Shown here: piece after piece, positions 52,023-64,000 of the stretch
How the letters are laid out: every line of letters begins with the position of its first letter
Numbering within the stretch: position 1 is the first letter of the stretch
NCBI GenBank assembly: GCA_965112155.1
Contig: OZ218098.1
Direction: 5' to 3' (one strand)
Length of the DNA: 64,000 nt
Origin: Podarcis liolepis
Lineage: Eukaryota
Translations under genes and position numbers: made by a program
The notes under the pieces: model-generated
The model's database searches: none
Told to the model about the DNA's origin: nothing
What the model saw: only the letters and a program-made list of their open reading frames with translations

Positions 52023-52139
52023 TACACTGAATTCTCATCCAGGTACACACTGAGTGTAAGAACGCAGGATCAAAGTCACAAGTTGTTAACAGGAGATTTA
52101 GTTCAGCAGTTCAGCAGTTATATATTGTGGCATCGTATG

Positions 52140-52476
52140 TATACCAGTATACCTGAAGGAGCGTCTCCACCCCCATCATTCTGCCCGGACGCTGAGGTCC
52201 AGCGCCGAGGGCCTTCTGGCGGTTCCCTCATTGCGAGAAGCAAAGCTACAGGGAACCAGGCAGAGGGCCTTCTAGGTAGTGGCGCCCACCCTGTGGAATG
52301 CCCTTCCAGCAGATGTCAAAGCGATAAACAACTACCTGACATTCAGAAGACATCTTAAGGCAGCCCTGTTCAGGGAAGTTTTTAACGTGTGATATTTTAC
52401 TGTATTTTCGGTTTTTATGGAAGCCGCCCAGAGTGGCTGGGGAGGCCCAGCCAGATGGGCGGGGTATAAATAATAA

Positions 52477-52525
<49 letters not shown>
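52140..52525 (+). mobile_element. L2-clade LINE 3' fragment with long (TTA)n tail
   Basis: Similar to the 3' end of the 29690 element (GCCGCCCAGAGTGGCTGGGG...GATGGGCGGGGTATAAAT followed by (TTA)n). Confidence 0.8.
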
Positions 52526-52526
<1 letters not shown>

Positions 52527-55423
52527 GTACATATCATCAACAGTGTAAGTTATTCAAGTATACCATTCAATCCCCCCCTACATTGAGAAGGAAAATGTGT
52601 AATTGTAAAGTGGGATGGTGAGAGCTGATCAGTCAATGAATCCTTTGTGTCAGTATAGCAGCAACCCCATTTTCCTTGGGAGTAAAAAACAAAGGTTCCA
52701 CAAAGATTCACCTATGAAATGTTGGTGGGAATGAAGCAGGCTAGTTCACACCAGCTTTACCCAATCTGGTCCCCCCCCAATGTTTTGGACTCCCAAATCC
52801 CATCAGCCCCAGCCAGAATAGCCCACAGTCAGGCTCCAAAACGCTTGAAGGGCTCTAGGTTTCAAAATGTTCACCTACACAAAAGCCCAACAGAAGGGTA
52901 CAGATTCTTTGCAGGGTCCCCAGCTGTATAATGTCTGTCCTGTTTCTATTTTAAATTGTGACTCAGTAATCTTATCAGTAGCCAAGAAGCCACAACATCC
53001 TTATCCTCCCCATGTATTCCTCTGTGAAGAACATGTTGCCCACAAGCTGAAATATTTGCAGGGGAAATATGGTGATTTTTCTTGCAGTTTGGGGTTTTTT
53101 TGGCACTCGAGTGGGAGTAGAGGGACAGGATGTGGCTTTATTCAAACAGCCTACAATAGCAAACATTCTACATTACAACAATAACTTGTCAGCACTGTAG
53201 GCCACATTCCAGCAAGTGTCAGCACTATGATATATTTGGTCACGTCTATGGGGAATTAGAAGTGAAAAACATATGCAGAGGAGTATAATGGATACGGGTC
53301 TGTATCCCTTGAAAGGCAGGGCAAAACCACATTGCGGGTATAGGCTTTGGCTGTGGGGTAATTCTCAGAACAGAACTACCATCTGGGCTTGCCGTATGCC
53401 TGTGTTATCAGGGTGGGGGGACTTGTAACGATTGGCAAATGCTGTTTTAAAGCCCACTATGGAGATACATCGTATGCTGCAAAGCCACAGTGCATTGCCT
53501 CTGAAACATGTTGAACGATGCGTTTACCATCATGCGCTTACTCATTTGGGGGAAATCCTTTTTCATTTCCTGTATAGAAAAACAATCTGGGCTGCTATGT
53601 CTTTTTTCCAGGCACCATTGCCTTCTAAAGCAACAGCTCTTCTCTCTTTCCCTTAGATATATGCCTGGCTGCTTCCCACTTCTATGTCTCAGCTGATCCA
53701 GCCACACCAGTTACATTTTGGCATGCTGCTAATCAAATAGGCATTATCTGCATTTATTTATTTTTCAGTGATGGGCATCACCTCTGAAACTCATCCCACT
53801 GGACTTGCTGCCTTCTGCACACGCTTGGCAAAAATGGTAACTCTTTATATGGTAGGTGTGCGTGAATATGAGAAGCAAGATTAACAGCGATCAGAATTTA
53901 GCTCCTATAAATAATCTCCGTAGGACAATATAGTTCAAGTAACTGAGACTTCCTTAAATTCAGCTAAGTACTAAAGCCTAATGTGGATGCATGCAGAGCC
54001 TACCTGCAGTGAAGGAGGGGCGTGGCACTCACTAACCCCATCTCCTTCCAGGGCATACCTCTGAGCCCTGTTCACTCATTTGTGCTCTTCTCCACATGTA
54101 GAATGAATGCACTCATGAGAGGTGGCAGCAGATTCCCACTCCTGCTGCTACATGGGCCCACGCACAAGCATACCCCAAAAGGATTTGGAATTCCTCACTG
54201 CATGGAGCCCTGCCATCACTTCTGTGCAGAATTTGGTGATGGGCTTTTCATGGTGCAAATGGCAGTAGGTAGCACCAGCTGCTGTCTACCACGCACATAT
54301 TTATTCTACGCATGGAGAAGAGCCATAGCAAGCAAATAGGCCCCTTCTCTCCATGTGCTAGACACTCTGCAACAGGGGCCCACTCTGGTAGATCCCAGGA
54401 TGCATAGGCTCTGTCCAGCCACTGATAGCCACCAAATCTGGGGTGCATGGAGCAATTATTGTGCGTTGCCTCCTATGCAAGCATGATGTTCAATGAGCTG
54501 ATATGAAGCAGGCAAGGACCATTTGATCTTCCCTTGGATGCAGATTCTACACATTCTAGGGCTTAAGATAACTTGTTCAATTTACGGGAGGGCTCAGTTT
54601 AAAAAGATAAGTACTGCATAGCGAAACCTTTTCCTCCCCCAGCCAACCCAAGGATGTTCCCATTGTTTGTTCTCTTTCCCATCTTGCACAGTTTTTTAAT
54701 AGAATACCCTCACATCCTCCCTACCACATCACTGTTTTCTTTTACCTAATTATGCCTGGCTTATTGCACAGGAATGCGATGTCTGTGAACTCCTGTGGGA
54801 ACTCGCTGCTTAATTTGAGCCAGGGTGTGCCAGGTCTCACCCCTGAAATTTGTTTTCAGTGCCAAGGCTCAGCCCCCAGAAAACGTGATATGTCATTATA
54901 ATGTGTTTGCACTGGTTATCTCATGCTAAAGGAGAACTATCTCTCAGTTCCTGCTTCAAACCCTTTCAAGCACTAATGAGACATAGAGAAGTGTGGTGCC
55001 AGGTTTGTGTGTGTGTGGGGGGGTGTATCATAGAATCCCAGAGCTGGAAAGGGACCCTGAGAATCATCTAGACCAACCCCCTATGCCGCTGTCCCACATA
55101 GGGATTAAATCTGCAACCTTGGTATTATCAGCAACACACTCTAACCTTCTGGTAGAAGGAGAAAATTCAACAAAAGTCCCATGGATTTTGTGAATGAGCT
55201 AGGTTTGGGAGCATATCCAATTAGTTCCTTTTTGAGAATACATTTCTAGTGTGAATTGGCTTATCCAGCTCTTGTATTTTTGCCCGTAGTCCTCATTGTA
55301 TATATTAACTGGCTAAACACAAGTACATTTTACTGACACAATTCTTGCCCAACCTGAAATTAAAAAGTTACATCCCCCTCCTCTGTTCTAGTGCACTATT
55401 AGGAATGACACCCAAGTCCGAAC

Positions 55424-55610
55424 CTGTGCATCTTCATATGTGTACCTCCCTGGGTCTTTGACATTTTGGCTTGTTATCTCATAGCTGTGAGAGTCCAGGT
55501 TGATGGCACTCTGGGCCCCAGGAGCGAGGAACTCTTGCCAGATATCTTCCACTCTGGTAGCTACATCTTGCAATGGTTGTTTTTTCAGGTCTTGGACAGC
55601 CAACCAAAAC
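55424..55610 (-). CDS. RGS6: RGS6 coding exon, RGS domain: (R)[62 protein letters not shown]
   Basis: Overlaps ORF 55388..55603. Acceptor ...gatacAG, donor CAG|GTTCGG. 187 nt, phase 2/0, in frame with both flanking exons. Confidence 0.96.
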
Positions 55611-56064
55611 CTGTATCAAGGGAAAAGACAGGGGAAATTCGTTTCAGAGATGTGCTTCAACCTGAGCTACCATGGCACTGGCTAATCCCAGTCCTAGCTC
55701 CACTGAATTTTACATTAAAGAAAATTCATTTATAGAACAGAAGCTGACATGTTATGCAGCGAATATTCAAATTATGTTAAACACAACTCAGTTACACTAA
55801 TCCAGTGGCTCGTAAAACAAACTTTGCAAGAACCAAAATGTGATAGGTCTAACCACTAGGAAAGTGGTCGCAGTTGTGGTGCATTTGAGTCTATTGTGGT
55901 TTGAGTCAATATGGAAATGCTGTTAAGGTAGGTGATAAATTGAGATGGAATGTGCATGAAATCCAATGTGGAGTTCATGTAAAGAACTGATAGAAAACAC
56001 AGTGGATTTCTTTTATAAAAATCTTCATCTGTGAAATTGCCCTTATTCAAGATAGATTCTGCAA

Positions 56065-57230
56065 TGTGCTCTATGAGGGGCTTTCCTTGTGCTTCATCCA
56101 GAGGCTGCAGTTAGTGCAGAATGCTGCAGCATGGTTGCAAGGTTGCCAGCATATAACACCCGTGCTCAGAGATCTGCACTGCTTGCCAATCTGAGACTGG
56201 CCCAAGTTCAAGGTGTTACTATTGATATGTAAAGCCCTTAACAACTTGGGACCAGTTTACCTATAAGATGGCCTTACGCAATAGGTGTCCTGTCAACCAC
56301 TTTGATCGGCAGAATTGGCACTACTACAGGTGCCACCTAATACCCATTCTGCATTTAATAATAATAACAACAATAATTTTATCATTTATACCCTGCCGAT
56401 CTGGCTGCGTGTCCCCAGCCACTCTGGGCAGCTTACAGCACATATAAAAACATAGTAAAATGCCAAACATTAAAAACTTCCTGATACAGGTCTGCCTTCA
56501 GATGTCTTCTAAAAATTATCCTTGACATCTGCAGAGAGGGTGTTCCACAGGGAGAGCACCACTGCTGAGAAGGCCCTCTGCCTGGTTCCCTGTAACTTCG
56601 CTTCTCACAGTGAGGGAACTGCCAGAAGGCCCTTGGAGGAGGACCTCAGTGTCCAGGCTGAACAATGGGGGCGGAGACGCTCCTTCCATTATACTGAACG
56701 GAGAACTTGATCATTTAGTGTGGCAGTACCTCAGACTTTGGAACTCCCTGCCTATTGAGATCAAGCAGGCGCCTTCACTGTACAGTGGTACCTCAGGTTA
56801 AGTACTTAATTCGTTCCGGAGGTCCGTACTTAACCTGAAACTGTTCTTAACCTGAAGCACCACTTTAGCTAATGGGGCCTCCTGCTGCTGCCGCGCCGCC
56901 GGAGCCTGAATTCTGTTCTCATCCTGAAGCAAAGTTCTTAACCTGAAGCACTATTTCTGGGTTAGCGGAGTCTGTAACCTGAAGCGTATGTAACCTGAGG
57001 TACCACTGTACTCTTTTCGGCACTTGCTAAAAACATGCTTGTTTAGAAAAGTCTACACAGATGCCTAGAATGCCAAAGTAATTTTAATCTGTTTTAGTAT
57101 TTTATCTTTTGTATGTTTTAAAGTAGGGTTATGATTTTTTTCTTGATTTTACTGTTTTATCTTTTGTAAACCGCCTTTTTTTTTACAATCAAGCAGGGTA
57201 TAAAATCTAAGAAACAAACAAACAAATAAT
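56065..57230. mobile_element. Nested cluster: old L2 (+) interrupted by an L2 3' fragment (-, ~56360-56695) and a Tc1/mariner MITE
   Basis: L2 ORF2 remnants (gtgcagaatgctgcagc, ttcaaggtgttact) resume after each insert. Confidence 0.7.
56783..57008. mobile_element. Tc1/mariner (Tigger-like) MITE
   Basis: TIRs CAGTGGTACCTCAGGTTA / TAACCTGAGGTACCACTG, TA TSD. Confidence 0.9.
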
Positions 57231-60200
57231 TTGTACATGTACATCTGCCATACACAATTTTCTGTTTTACACTGCGTGCCCGAGTTGCTTACTGCTTATA
57301 ATGTGCTCATATGCTTGTCCAGCAGGATCAATTTTAATCACCTGGAGCTGATAACACACCAGAGGAAACTCAAATGAGGCATTTACATTTTATCAATGCT
57401 TAACATGACATATCGATGCAACTGGATGTGTTCACACTGGTGTGGGGTGGATGTTGCCTACACATACGTAACAAAAATACCCCCCCTAGGTGCCCCTTAA
57501 AAGTAACTGTAGAAATAAACCTCTTTTTCCTACTGCCAAGAAAGTGCTTTGTCAGGAATCTGCACAAAGTGATAATGACACCCAGTGGGCATTCACAATA
57601 ACTGCAACTTCCATCCAATTGGGGCAACCCTAGACAAGAGCTGTCAGGGCAAGAAATTGTATAAGGAGCAACTCTTCAGGGTTTCAAAGGGCAATCCCAG
57701 AACCTGCTACCTGATCTTTCTAACTGAGGAAGCCCATGACTGGAGCTGGGAGCCTCTGCATGCAAATCACATGCTCTGTTACCATTTTGCTTTTTTTCTT
57801 GTAAGTGGTACAAGAGGGGCTGGCTCGGTTGTCTACTGTGGTTTCTCACCACTGGCAGCTGAAACTGCACCATGCAGAAACATTATGTGTCAGCTGATAC
57901 GGAAATGCAATCTGCGGTACTCGGTCTGTGACAGCTCATTCAATGTGCAAGTCGCCAAATGATGATTAAATATGTGTGACCCCCCCAACCAAATCTCGAA
58001 AGGTGTCTATGCTGCATGTACTCTGGAGGTAAACCCTTTATGAGCAGCTTGAGAAATGCATGGTGTTAAAAGGTCACGAGGCCATTGCTTTGCTGAAGCT
58101 CAGGTGTGTGCCTTGCTCTCTGCTGGATGGGTGAACACCAGGGAACTACATATATTTTCTGTGATGGAAGGAAAGTGGGATATAAATGCAAACAAGCACA
58201 TCCATTGTGCCTCTCTCCTTCTCCACCACTTAAGAGAGTAAAGATTGCCCTCTTCTCTTTAATCACAAACCTCAGCCATGTTGCTAACGCTGGAAAAAAG
58301 ACATTTTCCATTCATTTGGCTTGAGCTTTGTGAAGTTTTCTCTTTTCGTACCTCCCCCTGCCCCCCAAAAGGCAGCTGTATTCTGCCATTTCCTGTTCTT
58401 AACAATCTCTCCACCCTGCAAGAAGTATTAAAGCCATCTGTGTGACAGGATCTGGTGGGCTGTTCCACAGTTGCCTTTCAAAACCGCCTGCAGTTTGATT
58501 GACCGTCCATTCCGGTCCTCCTCCCCCATAGCCATGGCAACCAAAGAGAAAGAGGAAGGAGGATAAGCCATTTGAGATATGGAACACTTTAATGATCAGC
58601 TGTGGTGCAGCCCGTCCTTGGGAGCCACAGTTTACACAGACCCATTTTGAGCGCTTGTAATCCTGAAAGAAAACACCTAACCCAGCCTAAATTACTACAT
58701 GATCTCCTCTGGATACTGAAATGCGGGACTAGTATGCAATGCAATCAGCAAACCTGCGTAAGAAAGGAGGCTTCTAAAATGGACCTCCATTTTATGGGAT
58801 AAGGAGCGGACATGGTGATGGTCCAAGGCAATGTCAGGCATGGAAAGCCCCCCAGCAAATAGGACAAAGCTATTCTGCTGCTACAATGGCTGCCCCCACA
58901 CTTTAAAGACAGCCTGAGGAGAAAGGTTTCTGCCTAGCCAGAGGAAAGGGATTCCTCGCTACATTCTCTTTACAGACAGCACACCGTTGTGGCAGTGGGC
59001 AGGCAGAATAGAACGTAAACTGACGACAACAGACAAAGAGGACGCAGACCTGGAATAAACAGCCATAAGAAAGAAACACATTTAGAAATGACAAATGCCA
59101 CTGTGAGTATTTGGAAAAAAAGAAGGAAAGGTGGGTTTTGAGTTTTAATATTAACCACAACCACAAATTAAGTTACTGCTAGTCAAATTCCATACTGGCT
59201 GTTACCAGCAAGGATCTGCACAGAAGAAATCGAGGATGTGCTTTGCCTTTTGCCTCTTAGGAAGAATCTACCCACCCAGGGTATATTTACTGTTTATTTT
59301 AATGTACATCCAATGAGGGACTGCATTTCGGTAGATTGCACCCTTTCTAGCCAAAGAGTCTAATTCTGTAGTCTTCACAAAGGCATTCAAATCATGGGAA
59401 GTCAGAGGAGCTACTTGTGAGAATAGTATTCAAAACCCACCAGGATGTGGCAGAAATATGTTCCACATAATGTCCCCTTCTTATATACCGTAATCACTGT
59501 CTAGTGTCTGCTAAAGATAACCATGTAATGCAATTTATACCATCCGGAAGGGAGAATATTCTCCATTTCTTCATTGTAAGGTAATAGTTGTTCTTGAAAG
59601 CATGCTCATCAAAAGAAACATTTATATATACCAAATCCAAAGGGCAATCCAAAAGCTGTCTTTTTCCAGTGAAGTGATAGCTGTCATTAGTGATTCCCAC
59701 ATATATATGCTCATGTTTTGAGCCACCTTGAGCATGGGTTGAACCATGGAAAGGCAGCATACAAATAAAATGTATGTATTAAGTGGGGCTTAATTCTGAG
59801 AAGATATGCCAAGGATTCTGCTCTTTGCGTTCGTTGCCCTTCTCAGATCTCGTTTAAGCTACCAGGCACCCAAATTACTATGTTTATAAGGCTCATATTA
59901 ATTGAGCCTTATAAAAAATCAAAGCCACAGCCTTGCAAAAGAACTCATTTCCCCCGCCCAAATACTGGGAAATATAAATGAATCATACTTGCTCTGATCA
60001 GGACCTGCTGTGTGTTAAAGGATACTGGTGTGAAAAGTATTTATTTGTGACACCTGTTCTTCAATTCTCTGAGCTCAGTGCAGCTTGGATTTGCTTCTCA
60101 GATGGGCTTACAGTGCCAAAGCTTCAGCCACTTGCAGGCGTCATGAAAGCATGTATGATTCATCCAGAATAGATTGTCCAGCTCCTGAGACTAGGAGCAT

Positions 60201-61082
60201 TTTCTTATGTTGGGTGTAGAAAACAAAAACATTGAGATCTCAAGGTATTAGGTGGGCTATAATTGGGTTGTTATTGGGACCCTGTTCACATAGTGTGGCT
60301 CAGGACACTGCATCTATGATATCCCCTAAAAGAGGAAAATAGAACATGCTTCACATTTACATCTCGATTCTGAGGTGAGTGGCAAGCTTTCCATGTATAA
60401 TTTTCAGTTCTACAGGATTTCCAGTATAACTTGTGAACACTGGTGAGTAGCAACAGTTCTACAATCAGTCAGGCTTCGGGTTCTTCTCTAGGCCTATGAA
60501 ATATAGTGCTCCTTTTCGTATCCACACGATGTCAGAGATCTTCCACCTGAATTTAGCAGAAACTAGTACCTGTAGAGCATCTGCACCCTCTAGTGGCTAA
60601 GAGACTACAGACGCTGATGTCAACAAACAGCAAAGTTATTTCAGCTCCTTGGAATTTCTGCCTCATGTTCTTTGTACTACAGTTTAAAAGGTCACACAGA
60701 GACAGTAATCATTACCTTTTGTACCATCTCTTAGGACAAGATGCCTTAGGAGTCTGATTAGTACCCGTCTTTCACTGTCAAGAAAATGTGTTTTGTTGCT
60801 GTTGTTCACTTCTTTATAGACACATATATGCTTGCAGTAGTGTCTTTTCCTGTTATCATGTTGGAAGTAATTTCATATAAGGTCACCAACCTGGTACCTT
60901 CCAGATTTGGTACCTCCCACTTGCTAGGGCTGATGGGAGTTGTAGTTCAAAACATCTAGAGGACACCAGGTGGGTAAAGGCATACTTTTAAGCATATACA
61001 TAGTGTATATTGTTTAATCACTTTTGCTGATTTCTTGTCTTGGCAACTGGATCTTTTCCAGTTTTGTGCTGAACCTTCACGT

Positions 61083-63355
61083 TAAGCAAATGAATGACTG
61101 ACGGATTGACACTGAGCTGTCACTGCAGCTTGTGTTGGTTAGCTTTTGCCTTGCCTCACAACTAACCATTTCTACTCCCAGCTGAGGTGTCTATGCACAT
61201 GGCGGCAGCTGACAGGCATTTTAGTCCAAGGCTGTCAAAGGCAGTAGGTACAGAGACAATGAGTCGAGGTCAAACACTGGCTACAGCTGAGGGTTAGTGA
61301 GGCGAGAGCAGAACTAGGAGCCCCAGGCTGGACTGCACACCAAGCCAAACCTTGTCTTAGTGTAGCACAGCTGCAAAAAGGGGCAAAGCGGCTGGGAGCT
61401 CCTCTCTGGGAACCTGGTCTCAGTAGGCCTGTGTGTCCTGTGCTTTTCTTATCCCTACCTGGAGATGCCAGGAATTGAACCAGAGACCTTCTGCAAGCAA
61501 GGCAGGTGCTCCATCACTGAGCTTTGGTCCTTCCTCCTTGCCCTAAGCACACTGAGAGGAGGGAGAGGAAGGTGCAGCTAAATCTGCATCCTGTGTATCA
61601 GGTAAGGATAATATTGATGTGTTCACAGGAGTGGCATTTGTTGTTTTCACAACACTGTGCTGTTCTGAGGAAATGGCTACCCACTGGAATAAACAAGGAA
61701 ATAGAAAAGTATCTGAAATTAAGGGAATTTAGTAAACCTAACAAAGCCCCCCCCCCCCGCCCAATTGCTTGTCTTCCATTATATTTGTGTTTGTGAATCC
61801 TGTTTTTTTAATAACTGCCCTTAAGGTCTTTAGGTACTTCACAAATGTCCCTTTTCTCAGCATTCATACATGTTTGCTTTCAAGGTTCAGGAATTACCTT
61901 ACTCTTAGGTTAATATAAAGAGAGAAAGAGAGTTCTAATTGTGACGTTGGAGATTTCTCCAGCTGGTTCGAATACACAAACATCTCTGACAGGAAAAATC
62001 TGGAGACAGCTGGTGAAACTCCCCCTCAGGGCTGGCTTTAGGCATTTTGTCGCCACAGGCAAAATACTGAAATAGCTTCTCCCTCCCACAGGATCCTGGA
62101 ACTCCCAGAACTAGCAGCCTCTCCTTCCGCAGCCCATCTGGTCCTAGGGGCTGTTGCACTTTGATGAGGTCTTCCTTTATCAGCCACAACTGCACTCCAC
62201 AATTGCCCCCTCCCCTGTGATTGGACTATCCCTTCACTATTCCGGTATCACCACCACCAGCTGCATTTATATTCTGCAATTTCCTCTAAGGAGCTCACAT
62301 CAGCACACCTCTTCCCCATCTCTCCGCACAACAACTCTGTGAGGTAGGTTAGGCTAAGTGATAGTGACTGAATGGTCCAAATGTGCCATAGGCAAGTGGG
62401 GGTTGAACTTGTGTTTCCCTGGTCCTAGTACAGTGGTACCTTCAGGTTACAGACTCCGCTAACCCAGAAATAGTGCTTCAGGTTAAGAACTTTGTTTCAG
62501 GATGAGAACAGAAATCATGTTCCGGTGGCGTGGTGGCAGTGGGAGGCTCCATTAGCTAAAGTGGTGCTTCAGGTTAAGAACAATTTCAGGTTAAGAATGG
62601 ACCTCTGGAACGAATTAAGTACTTAACCCAAGGTACCACTGTAGTTCAAGACTCTAACCAGTACACAACATGCTGTGTCTCATCCATCTATACTGAACAT
62701 TCAGTTGTAGGCTCAGTGAAATAAGTACTGCATTCTTCAAGCGTCACAGAGATCCTTTGGCTATTAACTAGCCCATCCCTATATCAGTTATTCCTTTCTT
62801 CTTCCTGCCCTGGATATATGTGTGGGCATTCGCCAAGATATCTGTTGCAGAACTATGAGCATCTAATGTAGCAGTTCTGAAACTAGTCTTTAGCTGTAGC
62901 TGCAGGAGCGGTCACAGAACAGTGTTCTCAAGGTGCTGCCACATCCTTTATCAATAAATAAAGCAAAGCTATACTTCAGTGGCCTTATGTGACGTCCCAG
63001 AAAACATTGCGTAGTTATAAGGCCTGTTCTGTTCTCTTTGTGAATTAGCTCACTCAGTAACACTGATTCAAAATCTGACCCCGTTTGACACAAGCATATA
63101 AATGTATTATCGGAATCTACTAACAAAGCTGTCTGTTAAACACTAGATGGGGTCTCAGATCTCTGTCCAGAGATTGTTCCTGCCCCTTTTGAAAACGATG
63201 AGGCATGTGAGTTTGCATGTAATGCTAAGCAAATGAATGACTGACAGACTGACACTGAGCTGTCACTGCAGCTTGTGTTTGTTATGATGATAACAGGGTG
63301 ACAGGGATCGCTCACGTTTAGCTTTTGCCTTGCATCATAACTAATTTTAGTCCAA
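61083..63355 (+). repeat. Pair of direct repeats (61083-61229 and 63226-63355) in an RGS6 intron
   Basis: Shared blocks TAAGCAAATGAATGACTGAC..GACACTGAGCTGTCACTGCAGCTTGTGTT, TTAGCTTTTGCCTTGC..AACTAA and TTTTAGTCCAA. Confidence 0.85.
62431..62641. mobile_element. Tc1/mariner MITE, same family
   Basis: CAGTGGTACCT...AGGTACCACTG, TA TSD. Confidence 0.88.
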
Positions 63356-63632
63356 CATATATGGAAAATTAACCTTCTTCTAGAGGGAATTGTAGATTTC
63401 TATCAAAATCCAACCAGCATGCCTTTTAACAAAGATTTTGGCAAATTCCTTAGTGGTACCTTAAGGGTACCTTTTAGATACAGACTAGCACTGCTGTCAT
63501 GCTAATTTATAGCATTCCATACAGGAGTCCAATTCCCACATTCCTTGCTCTTGACATCAGTGAACTTTTCTGCAGAGCAAGTACTGCAACCTTTGGAGCA
63601 CTAAATCTTTAGAGTATCTGAAGGGTCTTTAC

Positions 63633-63758
63633 CTGAGGTTTTCAGAACTGAATTCCGATTCCAGAAACCGAAGAAACTGGTCACGCCCAACGGGATCTTT
63701 CAACACCTCATCTATAGAGAAGCCCCATCTTTTGACCCGGTGCTGAGAAGGCTCCTTG
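63633..63758 (-). CDS. RGS6: RGS6 internal coding exon, start of RGS domain: (S)[41 protein letters not shown](R)
   Basis: Translated by hand on the minus strand. Acceptor ...ttgaatAG (plus CT at 63759-60), donor AG|GTAAAG (plus AC at 63631-32). 126 nt, phase 2/2. The peptide matches the R7-family RGS domain start as I recall it for RGS6. Confidence 0.95.
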
Positions 63759-64000
63759 CTATTCAAAGGATACAAAGATAAGGATCAGCCAGGGTTTTTT
63801 CCCCGGATCTCCCAACGTATATTTCTCTGTGACAGCTTAATTCAAAATGCTCATTAGTGAGCCTGTAGTGATAATTTAAATTAAAGGGGGACACACACAC
63901 ATCCTTTTGACTTCAAAGAGTAGAGAAATCTGTATGTATGAAAACAGATGATTTGTTACCTTGTCAAAATGTCAGAAAAAGATAAGCTAGGTAGTTCTCT

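Overview
This is vertebrate genomic DNA from a squamate reptile, most likely a lacertid lizard (inferred from Sauria SINEs with (ACCTTT)n tails, CR1/L2 LINEs and many hAT and Tc1/mariner MITEs). It is not prokaryotic, so almost all of the six-frame ORF track is noise. About 21-64 kb holds the 3' half of RGS6 on the minus strand. Five coding exons splice in frame with GT-AG boundaries: 63633-63758, 55424-55610, 45995-46084, 35228-35281 and 24234-24284. They encode the RGS domain and the C-terminus ...PENEQGRRTSLEKFTRSVGKSLAGKRLTGLMQSS*. A probable ~3 kb 3'UTR follows. Positions 1 to ~21 kb look intergenic. The best leads are: (1) an 827-bp solo LTR (312-1138, TG...CA, 5-bp TSD) that is almost filled by a ~220-aa ORF, broken only by a 1-nt homopolymer frameshift, whose repeated SGPASPP motifs differ only by synonymous changes; (2) a candidate 237-nt in-frame RGS6 cassette exon with a GC donor (33143-33379); (3) a candidate distal alternative RGS6 exon (acceptor at 18336); (4) a hAT MITE carrying telomeric TTAGGG repeats. 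No database searches were run, so novelty is not established for any of these.
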